NCBI GenBank assembly: GCA_001724265.1
Contig: MEDY01000095.1
Coordinates: forward strand, 62,001-102,933
Length of the DNA: 40,933 nt
Reading direction: 5' to 3'
Source: Rhizaria sp. SCN 62-66
Lineage: Eukaryota
Below are positions 10,842-23,202 of this stretch, one piece after another. Below the pieces are notes generated by a model. It was not told the origin of the DNA. It searched no databases and worked only from the letters and a program-made list of their open reading frames with translations. Within the stretch, counting starts at the first letter, position 1. Every line of letters starts with the position of its first letter. The translations under genes were made by a program, and so were the position numbers.

Positions 10842-13800
10842 TCACTCGTCAAACTCATCGTTTGTGAACGCGGAGAGGACACTTGCACCAACAGCTTGTG
10901 CTTCACTCTCTGCTGCGGTTGCAGGTGCTGCAGATGCGGCTGCCGATGCGGCTGCTTTTGCTTGAGCCGCAGCTTGCGCCTCCGCTTTGACGCGAGCGCG
11001 CTCAGCAGCAATCTCGGCAGCAGCCTTGGCAGCAGCCTCCGCCTCTGCAGCAGCCTTGGCCTTAGCAGCCGCAGCAACAATCTCAGCATCAGCCTTAGCT
11101 TTCGCCTCTGCATCAGCCTTAGCTTTCGCCTCTGCATTAGCCTTAGCTTTCGCCTCAGCATCAGCCCTAGCTTTCGCCTCAGCATCAGCCTTAAGCCTTG
11201 CCTCAGTATCAGCCTTCGCTTTCGCCTCTGCATCAGCTTTTGCCTTTGCCTCGACCTCAGCTTGGGCATTTGCAGCGGCATCAGCAGCAGCGGCAGCAGC
11301 AGCAGCGGCAGCTTTAGCATCCATCTCCTCCCGAGCCTGCTGCTCCCTTGCCCGCGCCGCTTGCGCCTGTTGTGCTTGCATCGCTTGCTGTTGCGCAAGC
11401 CTTTGCTGATCTTGTTCTTGCTCGCGCTCCCGTTGAGTCTTCTCTAACTGCTCTTGCTGGGCCTGCTGCTGCTGCTGCTGCAGTTGTGCTTGCAGTTGCT
11501 GCAGCTGTCGCGCATGCTCTTGCTCCTCTGCGGCATCTTCGTCGTTGAACCTCAGCGTCCTTGCAGCGTCCGCGGAACTTGCCTTCTTGGGACCGGTGTT
11601 GTACTGACGGCGACCGTACGCACTGTTGCCCTCATAGTCATCCTCGTCCTCCTGCTCACAGTCACCCTGAGACTGCTCACGGTCACCCGGCACAGGGTCG
11701 CCGCCGCGTAGCCAGTCGCCGTCGTCCCCCAGCTCACTGTCGCCCCACCCCTCCAGCAGTCCCCAGTCGCCGTCGTCTGCGCCCCACGCGCCCACGGTCA
11801 CCAGCTCCCCGGCGTACCCCGCCGGCACCTAAGCGGCAACCGTGGCCTCCGTGGCGTTGACGGCAAGCACGACGTCGCGGCCCGAGGCGACTCGGCCGCG
11901 CGCGCGCGCGAGCTGTTCGTCGCCCCGGATCGCGGCCGCGCCGGCCAAGAGCACCGCGCCGCCGGGCCGCAGAGCCACCGCGCGCGCGCCTACAGTCGCC
12001 GTCCCACTGGCGAGTGACTCTGTGCCGGTCACAAGGGAGGAGGACGGAGGCAGAGAGGAGGGACAGGCGGGCTCGAGATTGACCAGCACCGAGCCGAGGG
12101 GGTCTTCGCACCATACCGCGCCGCCGCCGCCACTGACACCGGCGGCAGCCGGGGCGCTTAGACTGAGACTCCCCCCAACGGCAGAGGCGCCGCTGGCACT
12201 GGTGGCAAAGGTGGGCGCACTGCCAACACGTCCGTCGAGCTCCCCGTGCGGCTTAACTTCGGACACACGGAGCACGAGTAACGGCAGCTGGTGCCACGAG
12301 GCCGCCGCAGACAACACCACAATCGGCGGGGTCACGATCACAGACACTGTCGTACTGTCACTGTGAGCCGAGTTTGACTGATGGATGCTGTGACGAGGAC
12401 GACAAGGCGTAAGCTGAGACTGTGAGAACCCGCTCACAGACGCGCTACCACTGCTATTATTATCATAAACACTCGCGCCTATGTCTAAAGGGGTACTTAG
12501 CGCGTCTAAGGGCGGCGCCGCGGTGTAGAGCAGCGCGCACAAAGCCCACTGGTCCCGCAGCCGCCGCTCGTTGTCGTCGCTGGGCACGTCGCCGTAGCTC
12601 ACGCGCACCGCCTCGCGCCGGCCACCGCCGCAGCGTCGCATCGCCGCCACCGCAGACGCGTGGCTAGAGCCCACATTCACGCTGTTATGACCGGTGTTGC
12701 TGTTGTTGGCGTCGGTAGAGAGGTCGTAGAGGTCGTCGTCGAAGGTGTTGAAGGGCAGCTGCGCGACTGCAATCTCCCTCAGCGCTGCGGCCACGACGGG
12801 CTCTGCAAACACCGCGGGGCTGGGCGCGAACTGCAGCTGCGCGGGACACTGCGTAGTGCACTGCGTGGCGGACTGCGCGGCGACGTTTTCGAGCAAATAG
12901 TACACAGGCACATGCGACAACCGCTCAGTGCTATGCTGACTCTGAGGCTGACTCTGTTGGTGGTGCTGCGGCTGCAGCGCTGCAAAGTAGCGCGCGTGCT
13001 CCGCGGCCGCAGCGGCGTTGGGCAGTGCGAAGAGCGGCAGCGCGGGCGGCGGCTGCGTCAGCGCCCAGTGCTGCTGCAGGATCAAGTCGCTGTTGGCGCG
13101 ACCGAACACTCCGCGCGCGCGCAGGATAACCACGGCGGCGGGCTCGGCCGAGGCGGGGTAGCCCCACGCGCCTAGCGCGTCGTTGGGCGGCTGCTCACCA
13201 TCGTTCACAGCACCACTGCTCCCGCTACTGCTCCTGTTATCACTGTAAGTGTTGTCGTGATGAGCGAGAGCGTGTGTGGTGGTGGAGTTGGCGAGAGAAT
13301 TGAGACGCATGAGAGCGGCATGGTCGCTGCTGCTTAGCGTATTGAGCGCGAAAGCAAGCGTTTGTGACGGACCCGGTTCAGGGATAACGCTTGCGGACGC
13401 AGAACTGCTGCTGTTGCTGTTGCTGTTAGTATACGTGTCGTCGGAGTCAGCATTCGAGCGAAGATAGTGGTTTCGTGCGTTTAGGCGCGCGACAGCGTAC
13501 GCGCGGCGTGCGTAGGCGCAATACTCGTCAAAACAGGGCAACAGCGGGCCATCAACGTCAAGCCTGCCGTTGGCAAGCGCGGCAAAGAATGCAGCGTACG
13601 TCTGCGCGCGCGCGTGTCCGTGGCGGTGCAGCCAGAGGAAGACGGCACCGAGCCGCGCCAGCCCGACGCGCGCGAGCGCAGCGGACCAGGAGCCCCAGAG
13701 CCAGCGCTCGTCGGCCTGCAGCGCGGGCGGCAGCAGCGCTGGCAGCGGTGAGTCGCGATGCTGCTGCATGGCGGAGCGAAACGCGCGCGAGGGGCTCGTT

Positions 13801-13853
13801 GCGAACGGACTGGCGCCAGTGCTGGCGCGAGAGTCGAGGCCCGTGAAAGGCAT
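10842..13853 (-). CDS. ~1003-aa protein with a possible HROB/MCM8IP-like OB fold and a Q-rich plus AEAKAKAD-repeat tail; one in-frame TAG (11829-11831)
   Basis: ORFs 11829..13883 and 10842..11828 abut in one frame, separated only by TAG (EATVAA*VPAGYAG). First ATG at 13853; ends TGA. The segment QLPLLVLRVSEV...AVWCEDPLGSV...LRPGGAVLL...VVLAVN resembles the remembered HROB OB-fold pattern. Confidence 0.7.
11082..11252 (-). repeat. Coding 24-nt tandem repeat (~7 copies) encoding (EAKAKADA)n
   Basis: Repeated ctc(a/t)gcatcagccttagctttcgc-type units on +, translating as AEAKAKADAEAKAKAD. Confidence 0.9.
11829..11831 (-). other. In-frame TAG, putative sense codon
   Basis: GCC GCT TAG GTG CCG; coding-like sequence continues in frame on both sides. 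Confidence 0.75.
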
Positions 13854-14609
13854 GTGTCTAGCGCGATGAAATCTGGAGTTCAAGAACTATAGTAAACAAA
13901 TTGTTGAAATTAATACGAGTTAGTTCAGAAAATCGGCATATATATTCTACCGACGAACGTATATCGACAGCATCCCTTCATTTAACTAAGCTTTGAGAGC
14001 GCCAACTTGACTTGCGGTCGTCCACCACAAACCAAACGGACGCGTCGCTGAAATGCTAATACGCACTATAGCTTGATCAAATATTAAGCAAACGCTGAAT
14101 CACATAAGATCTAACATTGAAATAACTTAAACAGTATGTTATTTGCAAAATTCTTTGCACGTCAAGATATTGTATTATGTTCTGCCTACGTTAAGGAATT
14201 GAACATTGAGACGTAGTGTGGTCGATCGATTCATCCTCATCAGTCACATATTCACGCACATTGTGAGACTGAAGGTAACCAGTTTAAGTCTATATCGTGT
14301 GATCAAGGAACGCGCAAATTATACTGAGCGGGTACACACTGAGCTGTTCGGATACACAGATGTGCGCCGAGTAGTAATTTGTTTCTTCAAGTCCTGTTTC
14401 AACATTGTCTGCTAGGGAGTGTGGATCCTTTATTCGATATATACGTCGCGTCTCCACACTATTAACCGCTGTCCATGAATACTACAAAACCCATCTGACA
14501 CTCGACTACACACGTCGCACTCAAATAGCGCCACTTGCGTGCTGAGTTCTATCACATGACACGCATGGAGGCGAATTCGTACGTAAGCGACGCACTCGAG
14601 AAAACACAC

Positions 14610-15284
14610 TTACTGCGACTCTTGTGCACCCGTGCTTTCAGGCGCAGTGACCACGACCACATGCGCGGTGTCAACCGCATCGCCCTGGCCCTGGCTTTGA
14701 GTCTGGTCCTGGTTCTGGCTGTTGAACTGACCTTTGTTCTCTGCGTTCCCGAGGGCGCTCGCGCCGGTGGGCATCATGGCAATCTCGCCGGGCACCGCGG
14801 CGGCAGCCATGGGCTTCCCCGCTTGGACCCACAGCGTGACCGCGCGGAACTCCTGTGCCAGCGCACAGCAGGGGCACCAGGTGTGCACACAGCAGCCCTT
14901 GCAGCAGCCTTCGTCGCGGACGCCCAGCAGGCGCTGCACCTGCGAGCGACTAGTGCCGCAAACACAACAATAGCAGCACCAGCCCTCGCAGGTCGAGCCC
15001 TGGTCCGTGAGGGCGTAGATCTGGGCGAATAGCGAATGGGGATACAAGTAGGCATTGGAGCAGACAATGCAGTCGGCGCAGCAGTCGTAAAACCCCGTCG
15101 TCATGATCTCCTGCCACGGAGAGAGATCGCCCGGCTCGCCGGTTGCCGGAGACGTCTGCGCAGGTTGCGGGGCCTGCTGTAGCTGCGACTGGGAGGCGTT
15201 CTGGGGGGCGTGTTGCGGCGCGAACTGAACCTGCTGGCCAGCGGGAGGCGCGGTGTACTCGGGAGGAGCGGTCTTGTTGTCCAT
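14610..15284 (-). CDS. PLAC8 / cornifelin / Cys-rich family protein (224 aa)
   Basis: TTGFYDCCADC..C...P and CCVHTWCPCCALAQEFRAV are PLAC8 hallmarks. ATG follows a pyrimidine tract plus AG; stop TAA. Confidence 0.9.
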   Translation of the reverse strand: MDNKTAPPEYTAPPAGQQVQFAPQHAPQNASQSQLQQAPQPAQTSPATGEPGDLSPWQEIMTTGFYDCCADCIVCSNAYLYPHSLFAQIYALTDQGSTCEGWCCYCCVCGTSRSQVQRLLGVRDEGCCKGCCVHTWCPCCALAQEFRAVTLWVQAGKPMAAAAVPGEIAMMPTGASALGNAENKGQFNSQNQDQTQSQGQGDAVDTAHVVVVTAPESTGAQESQ

Positions 15285-17171
15285 CTAGATCGATAAAGGG
15301 AGAGATGACTATTAAATAAACAAAGCCATTGTAATTATTTGATACCGTATACGATTACTTGAGTGCATGGCCTATTGACTTTTGTCATAATTCATTGATA
15401 ACATCGAGTGATGGCAGACAAGCAAAGGAGGTTTCGAGGCCCTTGCCGTTGTGCATAATATGCCCGTATTTTATCAATGAAAGTTGGTTAATTATCAATA
15501 AATGTATAAAAAATACACTAATCTATTTGATTGTCAAGCTATACATTGATAAACAGCCGAATTACGAAACAATTGATGATTTCGCCTCTGACATCATCGT
15601 CTATTTCACACATCGACTTTGGCGAAGGTGAGTCCACAAAGTGACTTGGTCGCGACTTTACTTTGACATTCTTATAGTTAAAGGATCCAAGTCCTGGTGA
15701 AAAAGATCGATTTGCATTGAGTTATTATGTCATGAAAGGAAGATTTAACCGCGCAAAAACACACATTATGGATGTATGTATGTATGATTTTTTTAGGGTC
15801 ACAGAAAAACAAAAATTATTGACGATTTTCAAACATTTCTTGAAGGCCCTTGTAAATACTCGCCGCCGCCGGCGGTGCGGACGTTGTGTCTCACCGTTCT
15901 TGGTCAGACTCTTCGACAGTTCCTCATCAGTAAGCCCGAGGAAGCGGGTGAATTTGTTAGTCATGCTACTGACCCAGATCTCATTGCGTGCACTCACAGC
16001 ACGCTTCGTCCCCAGCTTGCGCTCCAAGCAAGGAGGCAGAAATGGCCGTCATATAGTCCGACATTGCGCTAAGTACGCGGCTCATAAACTATTGGAGCTA
16101 TGGGATCCAAGCTTAAGGTGAAAAAAACCGATTCGTATTGCGTTATTATTGCTAAATCATGAATTGCACCAAAGTGGTACCAATTCCATCAGTTTGTTCC
16201 GGAGAGTTCCAGAACTCTGAAACTGCTCACAGCAACAGACATGACCAGTATCATACGGATACATTGTTCAATTAATCTAGTCCCTCATCCAACGGTGTAG
16301 TTGTCCTATATTTCGATTGCTTCTGATATATTTATCACCATCTATTTTTGTTTGTACTCAGATGCGCCAGCTTGTCATCGTGACAAGGTCAGCTTTGATG
16401 TATGTCGTACATGTCAGAGTATGACATTTTTTTTAATCTAATGCAGTTTAAGTCTGTATCATAAATAAACGTGTTTGTTTTTGTGTTGCCTGATATAAGA
16501 GACATGATGCATAGCTTTTGCTTAGTGTTTTTTTTTTTGTAGGAGGAGACGTGGCTGGAGGGTTTGCAGGGGTGGAGTATAGTTGCTCGTAAAATGCAAT
16601 GAGTCCACAAATCAACCAAGGCAATGTATAGTACACACCCGGTTAATGCACAAAGTGTGCATTTCGAAGAACTTTGACGACAAAGCAGAACATATCGTTG
16701 GATATGGCTATCTCACCACAAACGTTTTTTCGCATAAAAGGAGGGCAACTGAGTTTATAGAAACGAGTATGAAGAGTTGCGAAATATCAGCACTAGACCA
16801 TATTATAAACACAAACGTTATGTTATTTTTCAAGATAGCGCCCCTATAGATTAAGCACTGGTTGTGAAATGTCAATAAGACAATCTTGGACGACGTGGGC
16901 AGCCGAACTGGAGCTTCGGCTTTGGAGCAGAGTGAAGGCCGTTTTAAATGACTTGATTGTGGAGAGAATGCACCGTAACATCCAATAAAACGCGCATTTC
17001 CTAAAGGTGTTTGTTGTATATGTAACGATATGTTTGTAATAACTCCATAAGATCAGAATTCCATGTGGCATCGCGAGTTTCTGTCTGTAGTGTCCAAAGA
17101 GGGAGACGTCGCCCCAACTAAATTTCCATCTCACCGCCTCATTTCGCCCTTCAATTCCTTGCAGCCACTTA

Positions 17172-17456
17172 ATGACCCTCACACACACGCCCTTCGCGAC
17201 CCTCTCGGCGGCCCCCGCGGCCGTTCCAGCGACGTGGTCGCTCGCCACCGCAGTCGGCGGCCTTCTGGCCCTGCTTTCGGTCGTCGCTGTCGCCGTCGTC
17301 ACAGTCACTGCGGCCGCCTCCCGCTCCGCCTCGGCCTCCGCCGCCGCTGACGCCGCCGCGGACGACCTCGGTGACCTGGGCGAGGACAGCATGTGCGCCC
17401 GCAAGCGCCCGCGCAGGCTATCGGACGACAGCAGCCCCGTCAGCGCGGTGCTTTGA
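17172..17456 (+). CDS. Small putative single-pass membrane protein (94 aa)
   Basis: GC-rich island in AT-rich DNA. ttccttgcag acceptor 7 nt before the ATG; hydrophobic stretch WSLATAVGGLLALLSVVAVAVVTV; acidic then basic (RKRPRR) tail; stop TGA. No family recognised. Confidence 0.5.
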   Translation: MTLTHTPFATLSAAPAAVPATWSLATAVGGLLALLSVVAVAVVTVTAAASRSASASAAADAAADDLGDLGEDSMCARKRPRRLSDDSSPVSAVL

Positions 17457-17930
17457 GCAGCACTCCTTCACAGCCGAGAGATGCAATAACATAACGTACA
17501 GCGTGGGTACTCGCTTGCGCTGCTAAAGAGCAGTCTAGATATGAGAACAGCACAAAATCACATTTCTAGCGTTGATGTGGGCTCGCCCGCGTTGCGCTGC
17601 ATGAATCAGGCCGCGTTTCAGCGACAGAGACTGTTTTCAGGCAGTACGAGTTCGAGAGACGACACGACGACGTATCACAGTTTGACTGACAAGAAGATCT
17701 GAAAGCGATGAAACGCACACGCAGACTTGTAATCACAGATAAAAAGAATCAACATACAAATAATTCACAGTAAAAACACAAAAGAAGCACAACATACACA
17801 TTAATTCAATCAATATTACAATAAGTACATCCAATTCTCGCAAGTTAAATCGCGCGTCTGAATCACGCCTTTCACATTGCTGTTCGACTAAATTTGCGGT
17901 CACCGTCGCGCTTTCCGAGTGGCGATTACG

Positions 17931-19409
17931 TTACAGCTCGAAGATGACGCTCTCGATGTCGCTGGGCTTGCGCCGGTGTAGCGGGACCGTGGTGAGCGCC
18001 TCCTTCTCCCACGCGAAGTCAAGCCGCCCGACCAAGTCGCCCATGGCCTGGCCGCGGCCAGCTGCAGCGGGCACACCGGCAGCGTCAGCGTCAGTGCCGT
18101 CTTGAGGAGCCTGTTCATGTTGCTGTTGCTGCTGCTGTTGCTCTGCGCGCGCGTCGGCGTCGTCCGTGCTGACACAGGCCTCGTTATCGTTTTTGTTAGC
18201 GTCACTGGAGGCGTGGTTCGTCTCACATGCGTTGCGGTAATTGTGACTATGACTGTGGCCGTGCCTGTGTGCAGCCGACTGCGCCGAGTGACCGTGGTCA
18301 GCGGCCCCGTAACCGTGGTCACGCTCCTGACCGTGGGCCGGCGAGCGGCACAGAGTGACCGTGGGCAGCAGCAATTGCGACGAGAGCGACCGCCTGTGCC
18401 CGCGCGAACGGCTGTGGCCGTGACCCTGAGCGGCAGCCGCAGCGGCGGCGTTAAAGGTCTCGCCACTGAACCCGTCCGTGCCGTCGTCGTAGTCGTCGGC
18501 GGCATCGACGTGGCGACTGTGCGTGAGACTCTTTTTGTCGTTATCATCGTCGTCGTCGTCGTCGTCGTCGTGTGCGTTGTTGTGTGCATTGCTAACTTGC
18601 GCTTGCTTTGCAATTACACCCGGAGCAGTCTCCGTCTCTGCCTCTGCCTCAGCAGCATTAACAGCGGCAATAGACCCAGCAGTTACAGCTGCGTCAGCGT
18701 CAACAGCTGCAGGAGAGGCAACACCAGCAGCAGTGGCAGCAGTGACAGTCTTACGCGCAGTGCTCGGGGCCGCTGCTTGGGTAGCTGTCACAGTCGCTGT
18801 CGGTGCCTCTGTCGTTGTAGTATTGACCGCAGAAGGCCCAGCGGCCGTCGCCACTGTCGCTGTCATCTGCAACAGCCGCGCTGACGCCGCCATCGCCGTC
18901 GCGCCCGCGACCGTGGCCGCCGCCTTCACACTCACCGCGTTCGTCGTTGTTGGAGTCGTTGTTGGAGTCGCGAGCGCTGAGCGGGCGCTGGGGTCGGCGC
19001 GCGGAGTGACCGGCATCACGGGCGCGGTCGACACGGCGGCGCGGGCGCGGCCGCGGGCCGGCGTCTGCATCTGCGAAAGTGACTGCGTCTGCGACTGGGA
19101 CTGGCTCGGCGCAGGGTTGACGGACAGACCAGGCAGAGACGCAGTCCCATTAGTCTTCGCACTCGCAGGCGCACTAGAGACCAAGACAGCGCTCACGGAG
19201 GCTGCAGCAGCCGCAGATCGGGGCGTTGCGGCGTTGCCACGCGGCGTCACAACACCGTTTGCGCCTGGGGCGGCAGCGACGGCGCGGGGACGTGACTTGG
19301 ACCGCGCAGGAGTGGCGCTGACGCTGGCGCTGCCGCCGGCGGAGAAGGCCGCCGTGGTCGCCGCCGCGGTCGTCGCGGGCGCCGGCAGGGTCGAGAAGTG
19401 CGGGTGCGG

Positions 19410-19442
<33 letters not shown>

Positions 19443-22400
19443 CTCGGCGGCGGCGGAGGCGCGTAACGCTTGCACTGTTGTCGACCAAGAGAAAGGATCA
19501 ATGTGATATGAAACTGTGAGAGTCAACGATATGTTGCGATTGAATAGTTATGCCGAGTAGGCTGTTGCATGCGTTTAATGTGACGTTTCACACACAGTTC
19601 AAATACGAGTAATTGGAAGAAATGTGAGACGTACGTTGCGCGTCTGTGTAGGCCTCCACGGTGGGGTGGGCCCGTGCAGTGGGGTCCCGCGCACGCCACT
19701 GCAGTCCCCACAGCGTGCGCAGCTCCTGCTCCTCGCGCTGCACCCACAGCGCCTGAGCGTGTCGCAACACAACATACGAAGAAGTCGCGGAATACAACGA
19801 TATGAACAAAGATGAGCAATTGTAAATACAAAACAGTAAATTACAAAAATAACACAGACATAATAATAAACACATATTCCTAGGTCATATCGCGTATATG
19901 CATACCTTAAGCTTCGTTTCGTCAGCGTTGACCTTCTTCAGCACGGGCGACACGAGCGCCGCCACGCCTGCCGCGGCGCCGTGCCTGGCGTAATACGCGT
20001 CCCTGCGCGCCGCAACGGCTAGCAGGGCGTCCTGGTGGCCGCGGCGCAGCACGCCGATGCGCGCCTGCTGCGCGTCGGCGGCCGCGGCGGCGGCGGCCAC
20101 GGCGGCCGCGGCCTCGGCTTCGGCGTGCCCGGGCGCCGCGGGGTGACTGTGGGCGGGCAGGTGACCGTGGGCAGCGGCGGCGCGGGACGCGGAGCGCGGG
20201 GTCTGCGGCGTCACAGTCGTCGCACCTGTCGCACTCGCATAATTCGTTGCAGTACTTGCTGTAGTTGTTGCAGTCCGCGCGGGAGTTCGGGCCCGCATGC
20301 TCGCGCCCGCGCCACTGTTCGCCCCCGCACTGAAGCTGCTGCCGCTGCTGCTGCTGCTGCTGAGCGCGGCGCTGCTGTGCGCCGGCATGCGCGCCGTGGC
20401 CGCGGAGGAGCCGAACCCGGCGCCCGTGCGGCCGCGCGATCGGGAGCGCGCGGCGGCCGCGGCGGCCACGGCGGCCATCGAGCCCCACTGCGGCTGCGTA
20501 GACACCGGCCCTCCACTGGCACTCGCGGTCACACTTGCAGTCACGCTCGAAGTCGCAGTCGTCGTGCTTCGAGTGCTCGCACGGGTGCGGGAGCGGCTGG
20601 TGAGGCGGGCCGACGGCGTCGCAGCGCTCGGGTTTGTAGCGCTGCTCTTGGCAGGAGTCGCCGCTGTCGCAGCCGCTGTCGCAGTCGCTGCTGCGGCGGG
20701 GCGGGAGCTGGGGGTGGCTGGGGGCGAGCGGCGGGCAGGCGTGCGGCCACGGGTTCCGGTACTGGCGCTCGCACTGAAACTGGAGCCCGCAGTTGCACTT
20801 CGCGGGGTTGCCGTCACGGCTGAGCTCGTGCTTGGACGAGAGCGCGGCGACGGCGACGGCGACGGCTTGGGGCTCGCACACACACTTGGGGGGTCCATGT
20901 TGGTCGCGGCCGAGGGCGGGCGCAGCACGCGGCGCGGGGTGACGGGGGGCTGCCACGGTGACTGCTGCTTTTGCTGCGGCTGCGGCTGTGAATGCAAGGC
21001 AGACTCGCTGTCGGGCAGCTCCACGGTGACTGCAGGTGCCGTGGTGAGTGTAGACGCAGCGGCGACAGCGGGCTCAGATTCGGGCTCTGGCGCGGAGGCA
21101 GCGGCGCCGACTGGGTTCTTCGCACTTGTCTCTGCCTCAGCCTCAGGCTCGGTCTCCGCTGTTTCAGTCTTCATCTCAGCAGCAGGCTCGGACTCCTCGG
21201 TGTTGGTGACATGGCCAGACTCTGCTTCAGCATTCGCGGGATCAGCTACAGTCTCGGTTGCATCGAACAGTGCACTCGTAGCATCAGTCTCGGCAGTGGC
21301 AGCCTCAACAGCAGGTTCCACAGCATCAGATGTCTCAGTGGCACTTACGCACTCAGCGGTCGCTGTGGACTCAGCAGCAGAGCTTGCCTCAGCCCCACCA
21401 GTCTCGACGGCGAGAGCTGCAATAACGGAGACGGACTCTGCGGACTCTAACGTAGGCTCAGTGAGGCTCTCAATTACTGCTTCAGCAGCGACAGTCTCGG
21501 GCACAGGCACAGTGGCTGACTCGGCAGCAGCTTCAGCACCCGGCCCCCCCTGCGCAGCGACAGGCTCGGGCACCGCCGTCTCCGCCATAGCCTCCGCAGT
21601 GGGCGCAGTCTCAGCCTCAGCCTCAGCCTCAGCCTAGGTTTCCACAGCGACTGCAGGTGCATTAGCCATGCTCTCAGTCTCCGCCGTGGCAGCGGTCTCA
21701 GAGGTCGCTTCAGCTTCAGCTTCAGTCTCAACAGTCGAGGCGGTTGCTTCAGCGTCAGTGTCATTCTGAGCTGGAGCGTCACCCTGAGCAGGTGCTTCGG
21801 CGTCAGTCTGGACCTCAATCTGAGCGGAGGCTTCGACCTTGACCTCGTCCACCTATGTCTCCGGTCTCTTCCCCTTATCCGCCCTCGCCGCGCCGCCGTG
21901 GTGTGTTCCCTAGCGTTTGCGCGGGGGCGCGTCGTCGGACAGACGGCCGCCACCGCCACCGTCGCCGTTGTCGGGGTCGTTGAGTTCGGCCTGGACTTGG
22001 GCGGCGATTGCGGAAAGGTTAAGCCGCGGCAAGGCCACGACAGGCGTATCCTGGGGGATAAGCAACTCCTCATCCTCATCGTCATTATCGTTGTCATTCT
22101 CGTCGCCGTTGCAGTTGATACCGTGCACGACGCTGCGTCTACAGCTCACCCCGTCCACAGCGACCGGCGCCGCCACTGCGACGCCAGTGTCGTTCAAACT
22201 GTCACGGTTAATATTGCCGTCATCATCCTGATCGTCGTCGTCGTCGTCGTCGTCGTCGGGACAGCCCCACGGCGACGCCTTGGCCGCCGCCGCCGCTGAT
22301 GCCGGCGGCGGGGAGCGGCCGGGCCGCTGGTAGTAGTACACAGACTCCGAGAACAGCGCATTCGCGGCGCTGTGCACCGTGTCGCTCTGCGCAGCACTGG

Positions 22401-23202
22401 CGCTCACAGTCTCAGGCATACCACTCTTCGTGTTTGTGTTGCTGTTGTTGTTGGTGCCGGTGGCAGTGACGTCTGAGGCTGAGCGCATCAACACGTCTAA
22501 CCCACCTTTGCCCTTGCCTTTGCCCTCGCTGTCGGTGCCTCTCGCGCCAACTGTGCCGCCGCCACTCGGCAGCGTCAGCACCGGGTCCGACACCGGCACC
22601 GACCCAATTGGAGCGGAAGTGTTGATATGAGCAGCGGCAGTGGCAGCGGCGGAGACAGGAGCGGGAGCGGGAGCGGGGGCGGGGGAGGGCGAGGGCGAGG
22701 GCGAGGGCGACACCGGCAGCGTGAGCGCCAGTGGGGCCACTGCAAAGGACGAGTTGGGCGACAAAGCGGCCGTCGCGGCAGCAGTGCCGCACTCGGCAGC
22801 AGCGGCATCAGCGCCGGGATCCGCCGTCGTAATAGCATTCGCTGTCAGGAAGGCAGACGCGGCGAGGACTTGGGCAGCGGCGACGACAGCCGAGGCTGTG
22901 CTATCACTCGCACTGCTAGCAACAGGCGCACTCGCAGTCGCCGTCTTCACGGCAACAACGCCGACGCTGGTCGCATAAGCTGTGGCAGTGGCGGCCGCGC
23001 TGGTCGGCGAGGGCGCGGGCGAGTTGGAGGCACTCGCAGCGGCTGCGGCGGCTTTGCTAGCCATGCGCGCCTTCAACAGAGACGCCACCTTGGAGTTCTT
23101 CTTCTCCCGCGCGGCGGTAACCGTGGGTGACGCCACGGGGCTCGACGCAGGCTTGGGGGCGGCCGCGGCAGGCGAGGCCGGGGTGGCGGGGGGAGAGGAC
23201 AT
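17931..23202 (-). CDS. ~1652-aa Ala/Ser/Thr/Glu-rich protein of unknown function; 3 exons (23202-19906, 19752-19635, 19474-17931); three in-frame TAGs
   Basis: ORFs 21910..23298, 21634..21852 and 19885..21588 share one frame broken only by TAG. GT-AG introns 19905-19753 and 19634-19475 keep phase (ETKLK|ALWVQREEQE...YTDAQ-L-QALR). Ends SDIESVIFEL-TAA. Confidence 0.75.
21634..21912 (-). other. Cluster of three in-frame TAG codons (21910-21912, 21853-21855, 21634-21636)
   Basis: PPRKR*GTHHGGAARADKGKRPET*VDEVKVE...APAVAVET*AEAEAEAET. Confidence 0.8.

Noticed and set aside
15725-16121. Overlapping ORFs in a mildly GC-richer patch of the spacer
   Set aside because: No recognisable motif or convincing gene structure; may be a relic.
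16160-16222. Short inverted repeats (also ~30641-30660) considered as tRNA or ncRNA
   Set aside because: No cloverleaf or T-loop context; I saw no tRNA, including a CUA suppressor, in this window.
16844-17404. 186-aa minus-strand ORF
   Set aside because: Antisense to the better-supported + ORF and runs into AT-rich noncoding-like DNA.
11829-21645. In-frame TAGs as acceptors of 12-nt GT..TAG micro-introns (GTTGCCGCTTAG, GTGGAAACCTAG)
   Set aside because: Shorter than any spliceosomal intron I know of, unlike the local donor consensus, and no matching in-phase GT exists for the other three TAGs.
17931-23202. Pseudogene or three-separate-genes interpretation
   Set aside because: All breaks are TAG, the frame is conserved, no AT-rich spacer lies between the pieces, and the splice sites are intact.
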